From: an uncultured Alistipes sp.
Lineage (GTDB): Bacteria > Bacteroidota > Bacteroidia > Bacteroidales > Rikenellaceae
Length of the DNA: 64,000 nucleotides
Direction: 5' to 3'
Assembly (NCBI GenBank): GCA_910583985.1
Contig: CAJTYA010000013.1
Coordinates: forward strand, 6,655 to 70,654
Shown here: piece by piece, positions 11,653 through 21,093 of the stretch
Layout of the letters: every line of letters starts with the position of its first letter
Numbering within the stretch: position 1 is the first letter of the stretch
The notes under the pieces: model-generated
Database searches by the model: none
What the model saw: the letters and a program-made list of their open reading frames with translations, nothing else
What the model was told of the DNA's origin: nothing
Program-made: the position numbers and the translations under genes

Positions 11653-12717
11653 ATGGAAACGAATTATCGCATAGAACCCTTCGTTCGCCTCGGCGAAACG
11701 CTCGAAGCGCGCCTCCGCGACGGAAGCGCGGAAGCCGTCATCGCACAAAGCACGGAGCAGAATCCCCGCTTCACGCCGAAGGACGTCGCCGGAGCGATCC
11801 GGGCCCTCTGCGAGGACATGCTGCGCAGAGAGACGCTCGAACGTTGGATCGGCCGCTACCCGCGCCCCCAAGGGTTCGTCCCGCGGAAAATAGGCCTCGT
11901 CACGGCGGGCAACCTGCCGCTGGTGGGCTTTTCCGACCTGCTGTGCGTGCTCGTCTGCGGCCACACCTGCCTGCTTCGGCCCTCGTCGAAAGACCGCGTA
12001 CTGACCCGGTACGTCGTTTCGCTGCTCCGGGAGATCGACCCGACGCTCGTCGTCCGCCCTTTGGACGACGAGTGCCCCGACCGGCTCATCGCCACCGGCA
12101 GCGACACGACCCGGCTCCATTTCGAATCGGCCTATCCGGGCATCCCGAAACTGCTGCGCGGCAGCCGCGGCAGCGTAGCCGTCCTGCAGGGTGACGAAAG
12201 CATCCGGGAACTCGAAGGACTCGCCGACGACATTTTCCTTTATTCGGGCATGGGCTGCCGCAGCATCGGACGCCTTTTCGTCCCCCGCGACTACGATCTT
12301 TGCAGGCTCCGCGACCTCCTCGCGCGCCACGGCTGCCCGTCGCCGACCTACCGGAACGGCTACCGGCAGAGGCGGGCCCTGCGCCTCATGCAGGGGCTCC
12401 CGTTCACGGACGGCGGCTTTTTCCTGCTCTACGAAGGAAGCGACGACCCGCCTGCCGGAACGATCGCCTGCACGCGCTACGACCGGCTCGACGAAGCGAA
12501 GCGATGGATCGGAGACAACGACTCCCGACTCCAGTGCATCGTCGCCGCGACCCACACGCTCCGCCACCCGCGGCGGGTGGATTTCGGACGGGCGCAACAC
12601 CCCTCGCCGGAAGACTATCCCGACGGAGTCGACGTCATGGAATTTCTGCTTCGAGAGGACGACCGCCCTCCGGAAGACACCGCCCCCGCTACCGGACGAA
12701 ACCCGAACCGACCATGA
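11653..12717 (+). CDS. Acyl-CoA reductase (LuxC-like, Bacteroidota type)
   Basis: GLVTAGNLPLVGF, IATGSD, LADDIFLYSGMGCRS (catalytic Cys region), FGRAQHP..DYPDGVDVMEFL. Confidence 0.8.
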   Translation: METNYRIEPFVRLGETLEARLRDGSAEAVIAQSTEQNPRFTPKDVAGAIRALCEDMLRRETLERWIGRYPRPQGFVPRKIGLVTAGNLPLVGFSDLLCVLVCGHTCLLRPSSKDRVLTRYVVSLLREIDPTLVVRPLDDECPDRLIATGSDTTRLHFESAYPGIPKLLRGSRGSVAVLQGDESIRELEGLADDIFLYSGMGCRSIGRLFVPRDYDLCRLRDLLARHGCPSPTYRNGYRQRRALRLMQGLPFTDGGFFLLYEGSDDPPAGTIACTRYDRLDEAKRWIGDNDSRLQCIVAATHTLRHPRRVDFGRAQHPSPEDYPDGVDVMEFLLREDDRPPEDTAPATGRNPNRP

Positions 12718-13280
12718 AAGCCGAACCGATCCTTTTCGAAAAAGAGCGCTTCGCTGCGAAGCGACTCCCCCGCGAAGAATACATCGACTGCACGTTCCGC
12801 CACTGCGACTTCACCGGAGCGGACCTGCGGGGATGTTCGTTCGTCGAATGCCGTTTCGAACATTGCGACCTGAGCACGGCCCGATGGACGAATGCGACCC
12901 TGCGGGACGTCCTGTTCTCGGACAGCAAACTGCTCGGCGCCGCATTTTGCGATTGCAACCCGTTTCTCTGGTCGGCCGATTTCGAGGCGTGCCGGATGGA
13001 TTTCGCGCTGCTCAACGGCATGAGGCTCAAAAAACAACGGTTCGTCCGCTGCCGGCTGCAACACGCCGATTTTTCGGGCGCGGACCTCGAAGGCGCCCTT
13101 TTCGACGAATGCGACCTCAGCGGGGCCGTATTCGAAAACTGCATGCTCGAAAAGGCCGACTTCTCCACGGCCCTCGGCTACTCTTTCGACCTGAGTGCGA
13201 ACCGCATCCGGAAAGCCCGTTTCTCGCTGCCGGGCATCCGCGAACTGCTCGAACGCTACGGAATCGTCGTCGAACCGTAA
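12714..13280 (+). CDS. Pentapeptide-repeat protein (Qnr/MfpA-like fold)
   Basis: Tandem [ACS]-x-[FL]-x-x pentapeptides (CDFTG ADLRG CSFVE CRFEH CDLST...). ATGA overlap with the upstream gene; start MKAEP at 12714. Confidence 0.88.
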   Translation: MKAEPILFEKERFAAKRLPREEYIDCTFRHCDFTGADLRGCSFVECRFEHCDLSTARWTNATLRDVLFSDSKLLGAAFCDCNPFLWSADFEACRMDFALLNGMRLKKQRFVRCRLQHADFSGADLEGALFDECDLSGAVFENCMLEKADFSTALGYSFDLSANRIRKARFSLPGIRELLERYGIVVEP

Positions 13281-13475
13281 CCGAGCGCGGGGATTCCCAC
13301 AGACGCTTCGCATCTTCGCCTCCGCCCGGTTTCCCCGTCCCGACAAAAACGAACGAGTTCGTTCTCGTACCCGGCACCCGTATCTTTGGACACTCCCGCC
13401 CGGCAAAAAGCAAGTCTGTTTGCTTTTTGCCCCCGCTTATTGCTATCTTTGTCCGCACCATTACCCCACAGACCC

Positions 13476-13985
13476 ATGTCCATCATCCTGCGACTGCGCA
13501 TGTTCAGCGACGAGGACGATTGTTTCCTCCGCGACTACGAAATTCCCGCCGATTGCACGTTGAGCGATCTGTACGACCTGATCGTCGACGATCTCCGGTA
13601 CCGGAAAGAGGGCCCGGTCTCGTTCTTCACGGCGGACGAGGCATGGAACAAACAGCGGGAATTCGCCGCGGAAAGGACGGCCGGCGACTCCGGACGGCAG
13701 CCGGACACGATGCACGACACGCGCCTGAGCGACGTGATCCGCCGTTTGGGCAACCGGCTCGTCTACCGTTTCGATCCGCTCGCAGAACGGGCCTACTACC
13801 TCGAAACGATCGAAGCGCTGCAACCGCAGCCCGGAGAACGCTACCCGCGCGTCATGTTTTCCAACGGAGAGGCGCCCGACCAGTTCGATCCCGAAAAACC
13901 GACCGGCAACCGGTCGATCTTCGACGAGGCGATGGATGATTTTTCCGAATTCGCAGGCAACGATTCCTATGGAGACGACGAATAG
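13476..13985 (+). CDS. pRiA4b ORF-3-like / 'IS1096 passenger TnpR' family protein
   Basis: FLRDYEI..TLSDLYDLI, SFFTADEAW, RLVYRFDPL, GEAPDQ and acidic tail; this family typically precedes miaA in Bacteroidota. Confidence 0.7.
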   Translation: MSIILRLRMFSDEDDCFLRDYEIPADCTLSDLYDLIVDDLRYRKEGPVSFFTADEAWNKQREFAAERTAGDSGRQPDTMHDTRLSDVIRRLGNRLVYRFDPLAERAYYLETIEALQPQPGERYPRVMFSNGEAPDQFDPEKPTGNRSIFDEAMDDFSEFAGNDSYGDDE

Positions 13986-14895
13986 AAAAACCCTCGTCGT
14001 TCTGCTCGGCGCCACGGCGACCGGGAAAACGGAAACCTCCATCCGTCTGGCCCGCGCGTTCGGGTCGGAAATCGTTTCGTCCGATTCGCGGCAGATCTAC
14101 CGCGAAATGAGCATCGGAACCGCCAAGCCGACCGCGGCCGAACTCGCCGCCGTGCCCCATCATTTCATCGGCACGCGCAGCGTGCGCGAAGACTATTCGG
14201 CCGGACGCTACGAGGAAGATGCGCTCGCATGCCTCGGCGAGCTGTTCGAACGACACGACGTGCTGTTTCTGGTCGGCGGATCGGGACTCTACATCGACGC
14301 GCTGTGCAACGGCATGGACGCCCTGCCCGAAGTCGATGCCGAACTGCGCCGCAAGCTCACCGAACAGGTCCGCAGCGAGGGCCTCGGCCCTCTGCTCGAA
14401 CGCCTGAGGGAACTCGACCCCGAATATTACGAACGGATGGACCGACACAACCCCCAGCGGGTCGTCCGCGCACTGGAGGTCTGTCTGCAAAGCGGCCGGC
14501 CGTACAGCACTCTGCGCAAAGGGGCCTCCCGGCCGCGCCCGTTCGACATCGTCCGGATCGGCATCCGCATGCCGCGGGCGGTGCTCTACGAACGGATCGA
14601 CCGGAGGGTGGACATCATGATGGAGCAGGGACTCGAACAGGAAGCCCGTTCGCTGTACGGACTGCGCGACTGCAACGCCCTGCAAACGGTAGGCTACCGC
14701 GAACTGTTCGACTGGTTTGACGGCAAAATCACGCGGGGAAAGGCCGTCGAACTCATCAAGCGCAACAGCCGCCGCTACGCCAAACGGCAGGAAACATGGT
14801 TCGGGCGGGACGAACGCACCCGTTGGTTCGAGGGCGGGCCGACCTGCGCCGAAGCCGTCGAAAAATACCTGCGGGACACGTTGCGGCTCCCGTAG
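13969..14895 (+). CDS. miaA: tRNA (adenosine(37)-N6)-dimethylallyltransferase
   Basis: GATATGKT, DSRQIYREMSIGTAKP, VGGSGLY, LQTVGYRE, RRYAKRQETWF. Confidence 0.96.
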   Translation: METTNRKTLVVLLGATATGKTETSIRLARAFGSEIVSSDSRQIYREMSIGTAKPTAAELAAVPHHFIGTRSVREDYSAGRYEEDALACLGELFERHDVLFLVGGSGLYIDALCNGMDALPEVDAELRRKLTEQVRSEGLGPLLERLRELDPEYYERMDRHNPQRVVRALEVCLQSGRPYSTLRKGASRPRPFDIVRIGIRMPRAVLYERIDRRVDIMMEQGLEQEARSLYGLRDCNALQTVGYRELFDWFDGKITRGKAVELIKRNSRRYAKRQETWFGRDERTRWFEGGPTCAEAVEKYLRDTLRLP

Positions 14896-15187
14896 CCGTC
14901 GCTCCCGCAACCCCGACACCTCGTCGCAGACCGAACGCCGCCGGCCGACGATCCCCCCTCCTTCGCGAACGACCCAACGGACTCCGCCGGTCCGGCCGCA
15001 GCGGCAACCCATCGCCGCTGCGCGTATCCGGACACCTTTCATGCGACTGCCCCGAAAAGAACGGGCATCGCTCCCGGTCCGCACGATCGGTCCCCGACAA
15101 AACGCTTTCCGCCGGAACAGCGACACAACGAAACCGGCGAACCTCACCAAGATCCGCCGGTCGTCGAAAGTCGAGGGAAAACACGCA

Positions 15188-16237
15188 TCACTGCACGCCG
15201 AGAAACCGGAACGGAGCCGAAGCAACGAATTGCGAAGCGGTATTGCCGGCATAGGTTTTACCGCCTTGCAGGTCGAGCTTTTTCACCGGAGCACCCTCCG
15301 AAAAGTCGACATCGTCGAACTCCACCCAGAATACATTGGGTTCGGTCGTGGACTCGTAGAAATAAATCCTGTTTTTCTGGTCGGCGACCGTTCTCCAGCG
15401 GGTCGAGGAGATATTGGGCTCGCCGGGCGTACTGATGCCCAAGGGTACCGAAGTGTTGCGGATCACGCTGAACACGCCCGCCACGGCTTCCCGCATGTCG
15501 CTCGTCTGAGGAATGGCATGGATGTAGAACGACGCCCTGACGAAGCGGTCCGAAGCCCGGTTGGTCCCCGGCAGGAATACCGTCCCGCCGATGCCTTTCC
15601 AGTAATCATTCAGGGCCAACTGCTGGTCGAATACCGGAGAATTGGTCATCACCCGGTAGGAACGGTCGTGGTGGATGCGCAATTTTCCGTCGATGTATTC
15701 GAAAATGGCATTATCGCCCGCAGCGTCGGAAATCGACAGATGCAGCGTGGCCATCCGCGACCCGTCGGGCATCTTGTCCGAAACGACTTCGAACGCTCCG
15801 GTCTGCATGGCGGCGACGGCTTCGTCCACCGTAGCGAAATTATCTAGCATATACTGCACCCAAGCGGAGATCGACAATGCGGGTTTCCGGCCGTCCCATT
15901 TCGGATAGACGGACTCGGCCAGCCACAGCAGATTGGCTACCAGTCCCTTTTCGTTCATCCCGTCGGTGCTGCAAATATCGTAGGCCGAAGCGACCACGCT
16001 GCCGTATCGGGAGGTCCATTTCATCGGGTCGCTCCCCACTTCGCCGTTGCGCTCCATGCCGCGGGGAAAAATCCACAGGTCGGTGCGGGGGTCTTCCGTC
16101 CAGTCCATCGAGCGGGCGGTGATAACGGTTTGCTGCGGGCCTTCGTAGACCACTCTGGTACAGGCATCGGCCCTGAAAGAGGCCGTGCCGGCCGCAGCGG
16201 TCAGGGCAGCGGCCACAATCGCATAATGCTTTTTCAT
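15188..16237 (-). CDS. Linear amide C-N hydrolase (choloylglycine hydrolase / bile salt hydrolase / penicillin V acylase family), signal peptide
   Basis: Signal peptide followed by nucleophile CTR; ARSMDW, DGMNEKGL, MTNSP, LPGTNRASDRFVRA, STRWRT. Confidence 0.92.
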   Translation of the reverse strand: MKKHYAIVAAALTAAAGTASFRADACTRVVYEGPQQTVITARSMDWTEDPRTDLWIFPRGMERNGEVGSDPMKWTSRYGSVVASAYDICSTDGMNEKGLVANLLWLAESVYPKWDGRKPALSISAWVQYMLDNFATVDEAVAAMQTGAFEVVSDKMPDGSRMATLHLSISDAAGDNAIFEYIDGKLRIHHDRSYRVMTNSPVFDQQLALNDYWKGIGGTVFLPGTNRASDRFVRASFYIHAIPQTSDMREAVAGVFSVIRNTSVPLGISTPGEPNISSTRWRTVADQKNRIYFYESTTEPNVFWVEFDDVDFSEGAPVKKLDLQGGKTYAGNTASQFVASAPFRFLGVQ

Positions 16238-16455
16238 AAAGAAATCGGTTTAGAGGTATTTTCCCGCTGCCCTCCAATGTTCGGGCCACTCGGTCGCGGC
16301 ACGGCCGTTTTTCGACCGTCCCCCCCCAAAAAATCGTCTTTCACGGACCGTCTTTCAAGACGGGAAAGGACTCCTTCCGAGTCCCGGACCGGAAGAAAGA
16401 CATGCCGCGCCATGAAAGGCGGAGAGAGTCGGGAGGCATACGATTGCCAGAAAAA

Positions 16456-16497
16456 AGAGAAACGCCTGTGCGATCCGGATCGCACAGGCATTTCTCT
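16456..16497 (-). terminator. Terminator downstream of tRNA-Leu
   Basis: Perfect 26-bp palindrome GCCTGTGCGATCCGGATCGCACAGGC (16464-16489) with extended arms; T-run on the minus strand. Confidence 0.7.
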
Positions 16498-16501
16498 CTC
16501 G

Positions 16502-16587
16502 TACTCGGAGCGGGAATTGAACCCGCACAAACCTTTCGGTTTATCGGATTTTAAGTCCGACGCGTCTACCGGTTCCGCCATCCGAGC
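16502..16587 (-). tRNA. tRNA-Leu (anticodon TAA)
   Basis: Reverse complement GCTCGGATGGCGGAACCGGTAGACGCG-TCGGA-CTTAAAA-TCCGA-long variable arm-GCGGGTTCAATTCCCGC-TCCGAGT-A; CCA not encoded. Confidence 0.95.
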
Positions 16588-16893
16588 CTTCTTCCGGCCA
16601 TAAGGCCGCGTATCGGAAGTGCGGCAAATATAAGGCATATCCGCTTGAAATGCAAATCGCGCCTTTTGCAGGACCGCGATTTCCGCACTCGTTCCCTCCC
16701 CGGCACAACCCGCCGAGGAACGTCGTTCCTACGCCCCGCGCAAAAGAAATCGTCTGTACGTCGAAAGACGCGACCGCACGCGACGACGCCCCGAAACAGA
16801 ACGTATGCCGCGCCCCCGGATAACCGCACGCGGCGGAACGAACGCCCTCCGGCATCCTGCCCCCCACGGCTCGAAACAGCATGCCGTCCGCCG

Positions 16894-17244
16894 TCAAAAC
16901 GAACCGCCGGGCATCTTCTCCGGTTCCAGAGACAGCAATCCGTTCAGTTCGTCCTCCACATCGCCCGACCCGCGTTCCGAGAGGCAGCGTTCGATACGCA
17001 TGAGCCGGCGACGATACATTTCCAACGCCTTCTCAAAATCCGATTTTTCCTCGGCGGTCGCCACACGGGCCTGCACATACGCGTCGGGCAGACAGCCTTC
17101 CGTTTCGAAACGGCTCGACGAAAGCAGAAAGTTCACGTACAGGCAACCCGAATCGGACTCTTCGAAAATCGCATACACCGGCTCCGCCTCGGCCGACTCG
17201 TCGCCGAACACGTAGAGTTCTCCCTTTTGCAGATTCATCATCAT
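16894..17244 (-). CDS. Hypothetical protein (~116 aa)
   Basis: MMMNLQKGELYVFGDE... has protein-like composition and an AT-rich upstream region; no family recognised. Confidence 0.55.
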   Translation of the reverse strand: MMMNLQKGELYVFGDESAEAEPVYAIFEESDSGCLYVNFLLSSSRFETEGCLPDAYVQARVATAEEKSDFEKALEMYRRRLMRIERCLSERGSGDVEDELNGLLSLEPEKMPGGSF

Positions 17245-17972
17245 TCGATCTATTTTAATTAACCGTACAGACACGACAGGCGACCGATCCGGGCGGGAAC
17301 CTTCCTTCTCCCGGCCTTTCCGTTCCCCGACCGTGCAAAAGAGCGGGCCCGTTCTTCGCACGAACGCGAACCCTCCCGAAGCGAAGGCTTCCACAGCCGA
17401 TTCCACCGTTCGAAAACACGCATAAACAAAAGATTATTTGAAATTACACAACGAAAGACATCCCCCGGCATCCGATCCTCGAATGCAATTTATCCCGCTC
17501 TCTGACATTCGGGCAAAACCCTGAATGTCAACTCTCCCAAACGAAAAAACACGCACCGCCACGCCGGCGGCTCCCGTCCGCAGCCGCACGGAAGACCGGA
17601 ACGAAACACCGCTCCGCACCGTGTACGAAAACGCCGGAAGCGAAGCGGCGGACAAAGCCGCTCCTTTCGGCCGCGTTTCATACCGGTGTCCGGAAAAAGG
17701 TTCATCGCAAACCGAGAAAACGCCGCTCCGACGAACGAATCCTCTTCTTTCCGCCGCAGCTTCGCCGAATTTCCGCCCCGCCGGAGGGCCGATCTCACTG
17801 AAAATTCGGCCGGAGAGACCGGCATTTCCCGTTCAAACGGGAATCGGGGCAACCTTCTCCGCACCCGTTCGTCACAGCCTCCCTCCGAACGCGTCCGCAA
17901 ACGAAACGGCGAGCGTCGGAGGCCGCCTCCCGGATCGGCACGAAATCTGCTCCGTATCCTACGAAAAAACGT

Positions 17973-18299
17973 ATGGTTACACACAACGTACACACCCATC
18001 GCTTCGAGTTGCACAGCGGGCGCAACGATACGCCTTTCATCGAGTACATTCCGACGGAAAACGGCATGATCATCACCCGCACGTGGGTTCCCCGCATCCT
18101 CGAAGGACTGGGCATCGCCTCGATGCTGACGCGGCACGTGCTCGACTATGCGCGGGAAAGAGAGCTGAGGATCGTGCCCGCATGTTCGTTCACGCAGGTC
18201 TACCTGAAACGCCATCCCGAATACGCCGGTCTCGTGGAGGAGGAGGAAATGCCCCGAAGCAAAAAACGGCGCCGTGCGGATTCGAAAAAGATGCGGTAA
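17973..18299 (+). CDS. Small GNAT N-acetyltransferase, YjdJ-like
   Basis: ITRTWVP..LEGLGIASML..VLDYARERELRIVPACSF pattern. Confidence 0.82.
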   Translation: MVTHNVHTHRFELHSGRNDTPFIEYIPTENGMIITRTWVPRILEGLGIASMLTRHVLDYARERELRIVPACSFTQVYLKRHPEYAGLVEEEEMPRSKKRRRADSKKMR

Positions 18300-18423
18300 A
18301 AACGAACGGACGAACCTCACTGTCCTCGGACGACGATCCGCCCGGACGACGCGGCGACCGCGGTCCGAAACGAAAAAAGCCGTTTCCCCGAAGAGAAACG
18401 GCTTGCGGAAAACGGGCGGAGCC

Positions 18424-19635
18424 CTACCACATATAGATCACGGCATCGCCCGGATCGACCTCCATCACGCCCTTGTAGGCGTCGGACGGGACGATCGAAC
18501 CGTCTTTGAGAATCCGTTTGACCGAGGGTCCCGCATAGAACGTCAGCTTCATACTCTTGAGGTAATCCCGATTGACGATCACCAGAAACGTGCGGCCCCC
18601 GTTTTCGAGCTGCGAGACGACGGCTCCCGTCCCCTCGGTTTCGAGCACCTTGACCGGTTCGGGCAGCGCGGTCAGCCGGACGGTCTTGCGCGGAATCTTC
18701 GGCCCCGTATGGCGCACCCAGTTCACCTTCGCCCCCAGAAAGACGCCCGAAAGATTGCGCAGCTCCTCGTTCATGGCCTTCACGCGGTCGTAAGCCTCCG
18801 TGCGCTTGCCGTCCAGACCGATGGGACCGAACTGGAAATCCCAATGGGAATCGCCGGCCGGCGTCCAATAGGTGAAATACTGCAACCCCTGCGCTCCGTA
18901 AGCCAGATTGCTGTACATCTGCAGCCGCAGCATGGCCATCGTCGGAACGGGGTAGGGCCCGTGTGCCGTCGCCAGCGCGAAAGCCCAGAAATCCTTGCCC
19001 GCCTTTCTGGCTTCGTCGGCGAACTCTTCGAGGTTCTCGTACCACTCGGCCTTGAGCCCGTCGTAGGTAACGGGGTAGTGGTCGAAGGAGAGGAACTGAA
19101 GCGGTACCTCCTTGTCGAAACGCGACACATAGTCGCGGTAATCCTTGGCCCCCAGCGCATCGAAATGCTCCTGAGGACCGGTCGGAAACAGGTTCAGGTA
19201 GCAGAAATGATCGTCATCCGCCGCCCGGATCCGTTTCGCCCATTCGCCCAATGCGGCGAAATCGCTGCACAGCGGCTCGTCGCGCAGGAAATAACCGGCC
19301 AGCGCGGGATGGTTCTTGAAACGGGCGACCGTCTTTTCCGGCTCGGAGCGCAATTCGGCACAGGTAATAATCTGTTTGATGCCGACCTTCCGCGCCACGT
19401 CGAGCGCCTTGGCCACCTGTTCGGCCGTACCGTAAAAGCTGAAGTTATGAGTGAAGCCGGCCTCTTTCAGCTCCCGGAACCGTTCGACGGTGGTCTCCTC
19501 GGCCGGAATGCCGTGCCATGCGAGGATGGGCATTTCGCCGGTCGGTTCGAGTTTCTCCTGCGCCCGGAGCTGCACGCTCCCGCCGAGCGTCGCCAAAGCG
19601 GCAAGACTCAGCAGGCATTTGTTCTTAAGGTTCAT
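18424..19635 (-). CDS. Uncharacterised glycoside-hydrolase-like (TIM barrel) secreted protein, paralog 1
   Basis: SPI-type signal (..LRA/QEK); HPALAGYFLRDEP, FLSFDHYP, LAYGAQGLQYFTYW. The DEP motif is reminiscent of the clan GH-A acid/base. Confidence 0.7.
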   Translation of the reverse strand: MNLKNKCLLSLAALATLGGSVQLRAQEKLEPTGEMPILAWHGIPAEETTVERFRELKEAGFTHNFSFYGTAEQVAKALDVARKVGIKQIITCAELRSEPEKTVARFKNHPALAGYFLRDEPLCSDFAALGEWAKRIRAADDDHFCYLNLFPTGPQEHFDALGAKDYRDYVSRFDKEVPLQFLSFDHYPVTYDGLKAEWYENLEEFADEARKAGKDFWAFALATAHGPYPVPTMAMLRLQMYSNLAYGAQGLQYFTYWTPAGDSHWDFQFGPIGLDGKRTEAYDRVKAMNEELRNLSGVFLGAKVNWVRHTGPKIPRKTVRLTALPEPVKVLETEGTGAVVSQLENGGRTFLVIVNRDYLKSMKLTFYAGPSVKRILKDGSIVPSDAYKGVMEVDPGDAVIYMW

Positions 19636-19661
19636 TCCGATTCGTTTTATCGTTCCGACAT

Positions 19662-20876
19662 TCAGTACATATAGATCATTGCATCGCCCGGTTCGACCAT
19701 CACCGTATCGGAGTAGACCGAAGCGGGCACGATGGAGCCGTCCTTGAGGATGCGTTTCATACCGGGGGCGAGTCCGATGGTCAGTTTCATCCGCTTTCTG
19801 AAATCGCGGTTCACGATCACCAGAAAACGGTTGTCGCCGTTGCGCAGTTGGGACACCACGGCGCCCGGACCCTCCGTTTCGAGGTATTTCACGCCTTCGG
19901 GCAATTCTTCGAGCCGCCGGGTCCCCTGCGGGATCGTATCGCCCGTATGGTTCACCGCAACCACCTCCGAACCGAGGAACACGCCGGAGAGCGCCTTGAT
20001 CTCCTCGTTCATCGTCTTGATCTTGTCGTAGACGTCGGTACGCTTGCCGTCCAGACCGATGGGACCGTGATGGAAGTTCCAGTTGGGATTCTTACCCGGC
20101 GTCCAATAGGTGAAATACTGAATGCCCTGCGCCCCGTAGGCCAGATCGCTGTATACCTGAAACCGGAGCTGCGCCAGATCGGGAATCGGGTAGGGCGTGT
20201 GCGCCGTCGTCAGGGCGAAAGCCCAGAAAGGCTTTCCTGCCTTGCGGGCCTCGTCCGAAAAGATTTCGAGGTTTTCGTACCATTCGCCCCGGTACGTGTC
20301 GCCCACGACGGGGTAGTGGTCGAACGAAAGCAGTTGCAACGGCACCTCCCGGTCGAAACGCTGGACGTAATCGCGGTAGCTGTCGGCCTTGAGCACCTCC
20401 AGCGGAGCGTAATTCGGGAACAGATTCAGATAGCAGAAATGCGCGTCGTCGGTAGCCCGGATGCGTGCCGCCCATTCGCCCAGTTCGGCGAAATCGGCAC
20501 AACTGGGTTCATCGCGCAGAAAATAACCGGCCACGGCGGGATGGTTCATAAAACGCCGGACGGTCGCTTCGGGATCCTTTTTCAATTCGGGACAGGAGAC
20601 GATCAGCTTGATGCCGACCTGCTGCGCCACATCGAGCGCCCGTTGCATCGCATCGGCATCGGGGTAGCCTTCCGAAAAATGGTGCGTGATACCCGTCTCC
20701 TTGAGTTCGAGAAAACGCTCCGGCGTCGTGCTGTCGGAGGGGATGCCGTACCAAGCCAGAATCGGCATCTCGCCCTCGGCCTGCAACTTGACGACCGTCT
20801 CTGCTTCGTCCGTCGCGGAAGAACAACCGTACATGCAGCACAGAGCCAACAAGGGGAGCAAAAACAATTTCTTCAT
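19662..20876 (-). CDS. Uncharacterised glycoside-hydrolase-like lipoprotein, paralog 2
   Basis: Lipoprotein-like signal (LALCCMYGC); same motif blocks as 18424..19635. Confidence 0.7.
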   Translation of the reverse strand: MKKLFLLPLLALCCMYGCSSATDEAETVVKLQAEGEMPILAWYGIPSDSTTPERFLELKETGITHHFSEGYPDADAMQRALDVAQQVGIKLIVSCPELKKDPEATVRRFMNHPAVAGYFLRDEPSCADFAELGEWAARIRATDDAHFCYLNLFPNYAPLEVLKADSYRDYVQRFDREVPLQLLSFDHYPVVGDTYRGEWYENLEIFSDEARKAGKPFWAFALTTAHTPYPIPDLAQLRFQVYSDLAYGAQGIQYFTYWTPGKNPNWNFHHGPIGLDGKRTDVYDKIKTMNEEIKALSGVFLGSEVVAVNHTGDTIPQGTRRLEELPEGVKYLETEGPGAVVSQLRNGDNRFLVIVNRDFRKRMKLTIGLAPGMKRILKDGSIVPASVYSDTVMVEPGDAMIYMY

Positions 20877-20940
20877 GGAGTTCGTTTTTTAAGTGGGTTA
20901 ATGTCCCTCAAAGATAAAAAATTAATCGGGAAAACATACG

Positions 20941-20993
20941 CGAATCCGGATAACGGAGCGCATCAGGTCGATGCGCTCCGTTATCCGGATTCG
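20941..20993. terminator. Perfect 24-bp inverted repeat (terminator/REP-like hairpin)
   Basis: CGAATCCGGATAACGGAGCGCATC-AGGTC-GATGCGCTCCGTTATCCGGATTCG, about 100 nt past the stop of 21094..21846. Confidence 0.6.
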
Positions 20994-21093
20994 GTCCGTC
21001 CGTCTCTCACCGCATGAAAATATCGGGGCAAACGAACGGGACCGTTCGTTTGCGAGACGATCAATCGATCTTAAAACACTTCTCGCACGAGGG

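Noticed and set aside
13476..13985. 'IS1096 passenger' family gene as evidence of a mobile element
   Set aside because: There is no transposase or terminal repeat, and the gene overlaps miaA in a core-genome context.
16240..16587. Integrative element at tRNA-Leu (also checked at tRNA-Gly 47118-47190)
   Set aside because: I found no duplicated tRNA 3' end and no integrase in the window.
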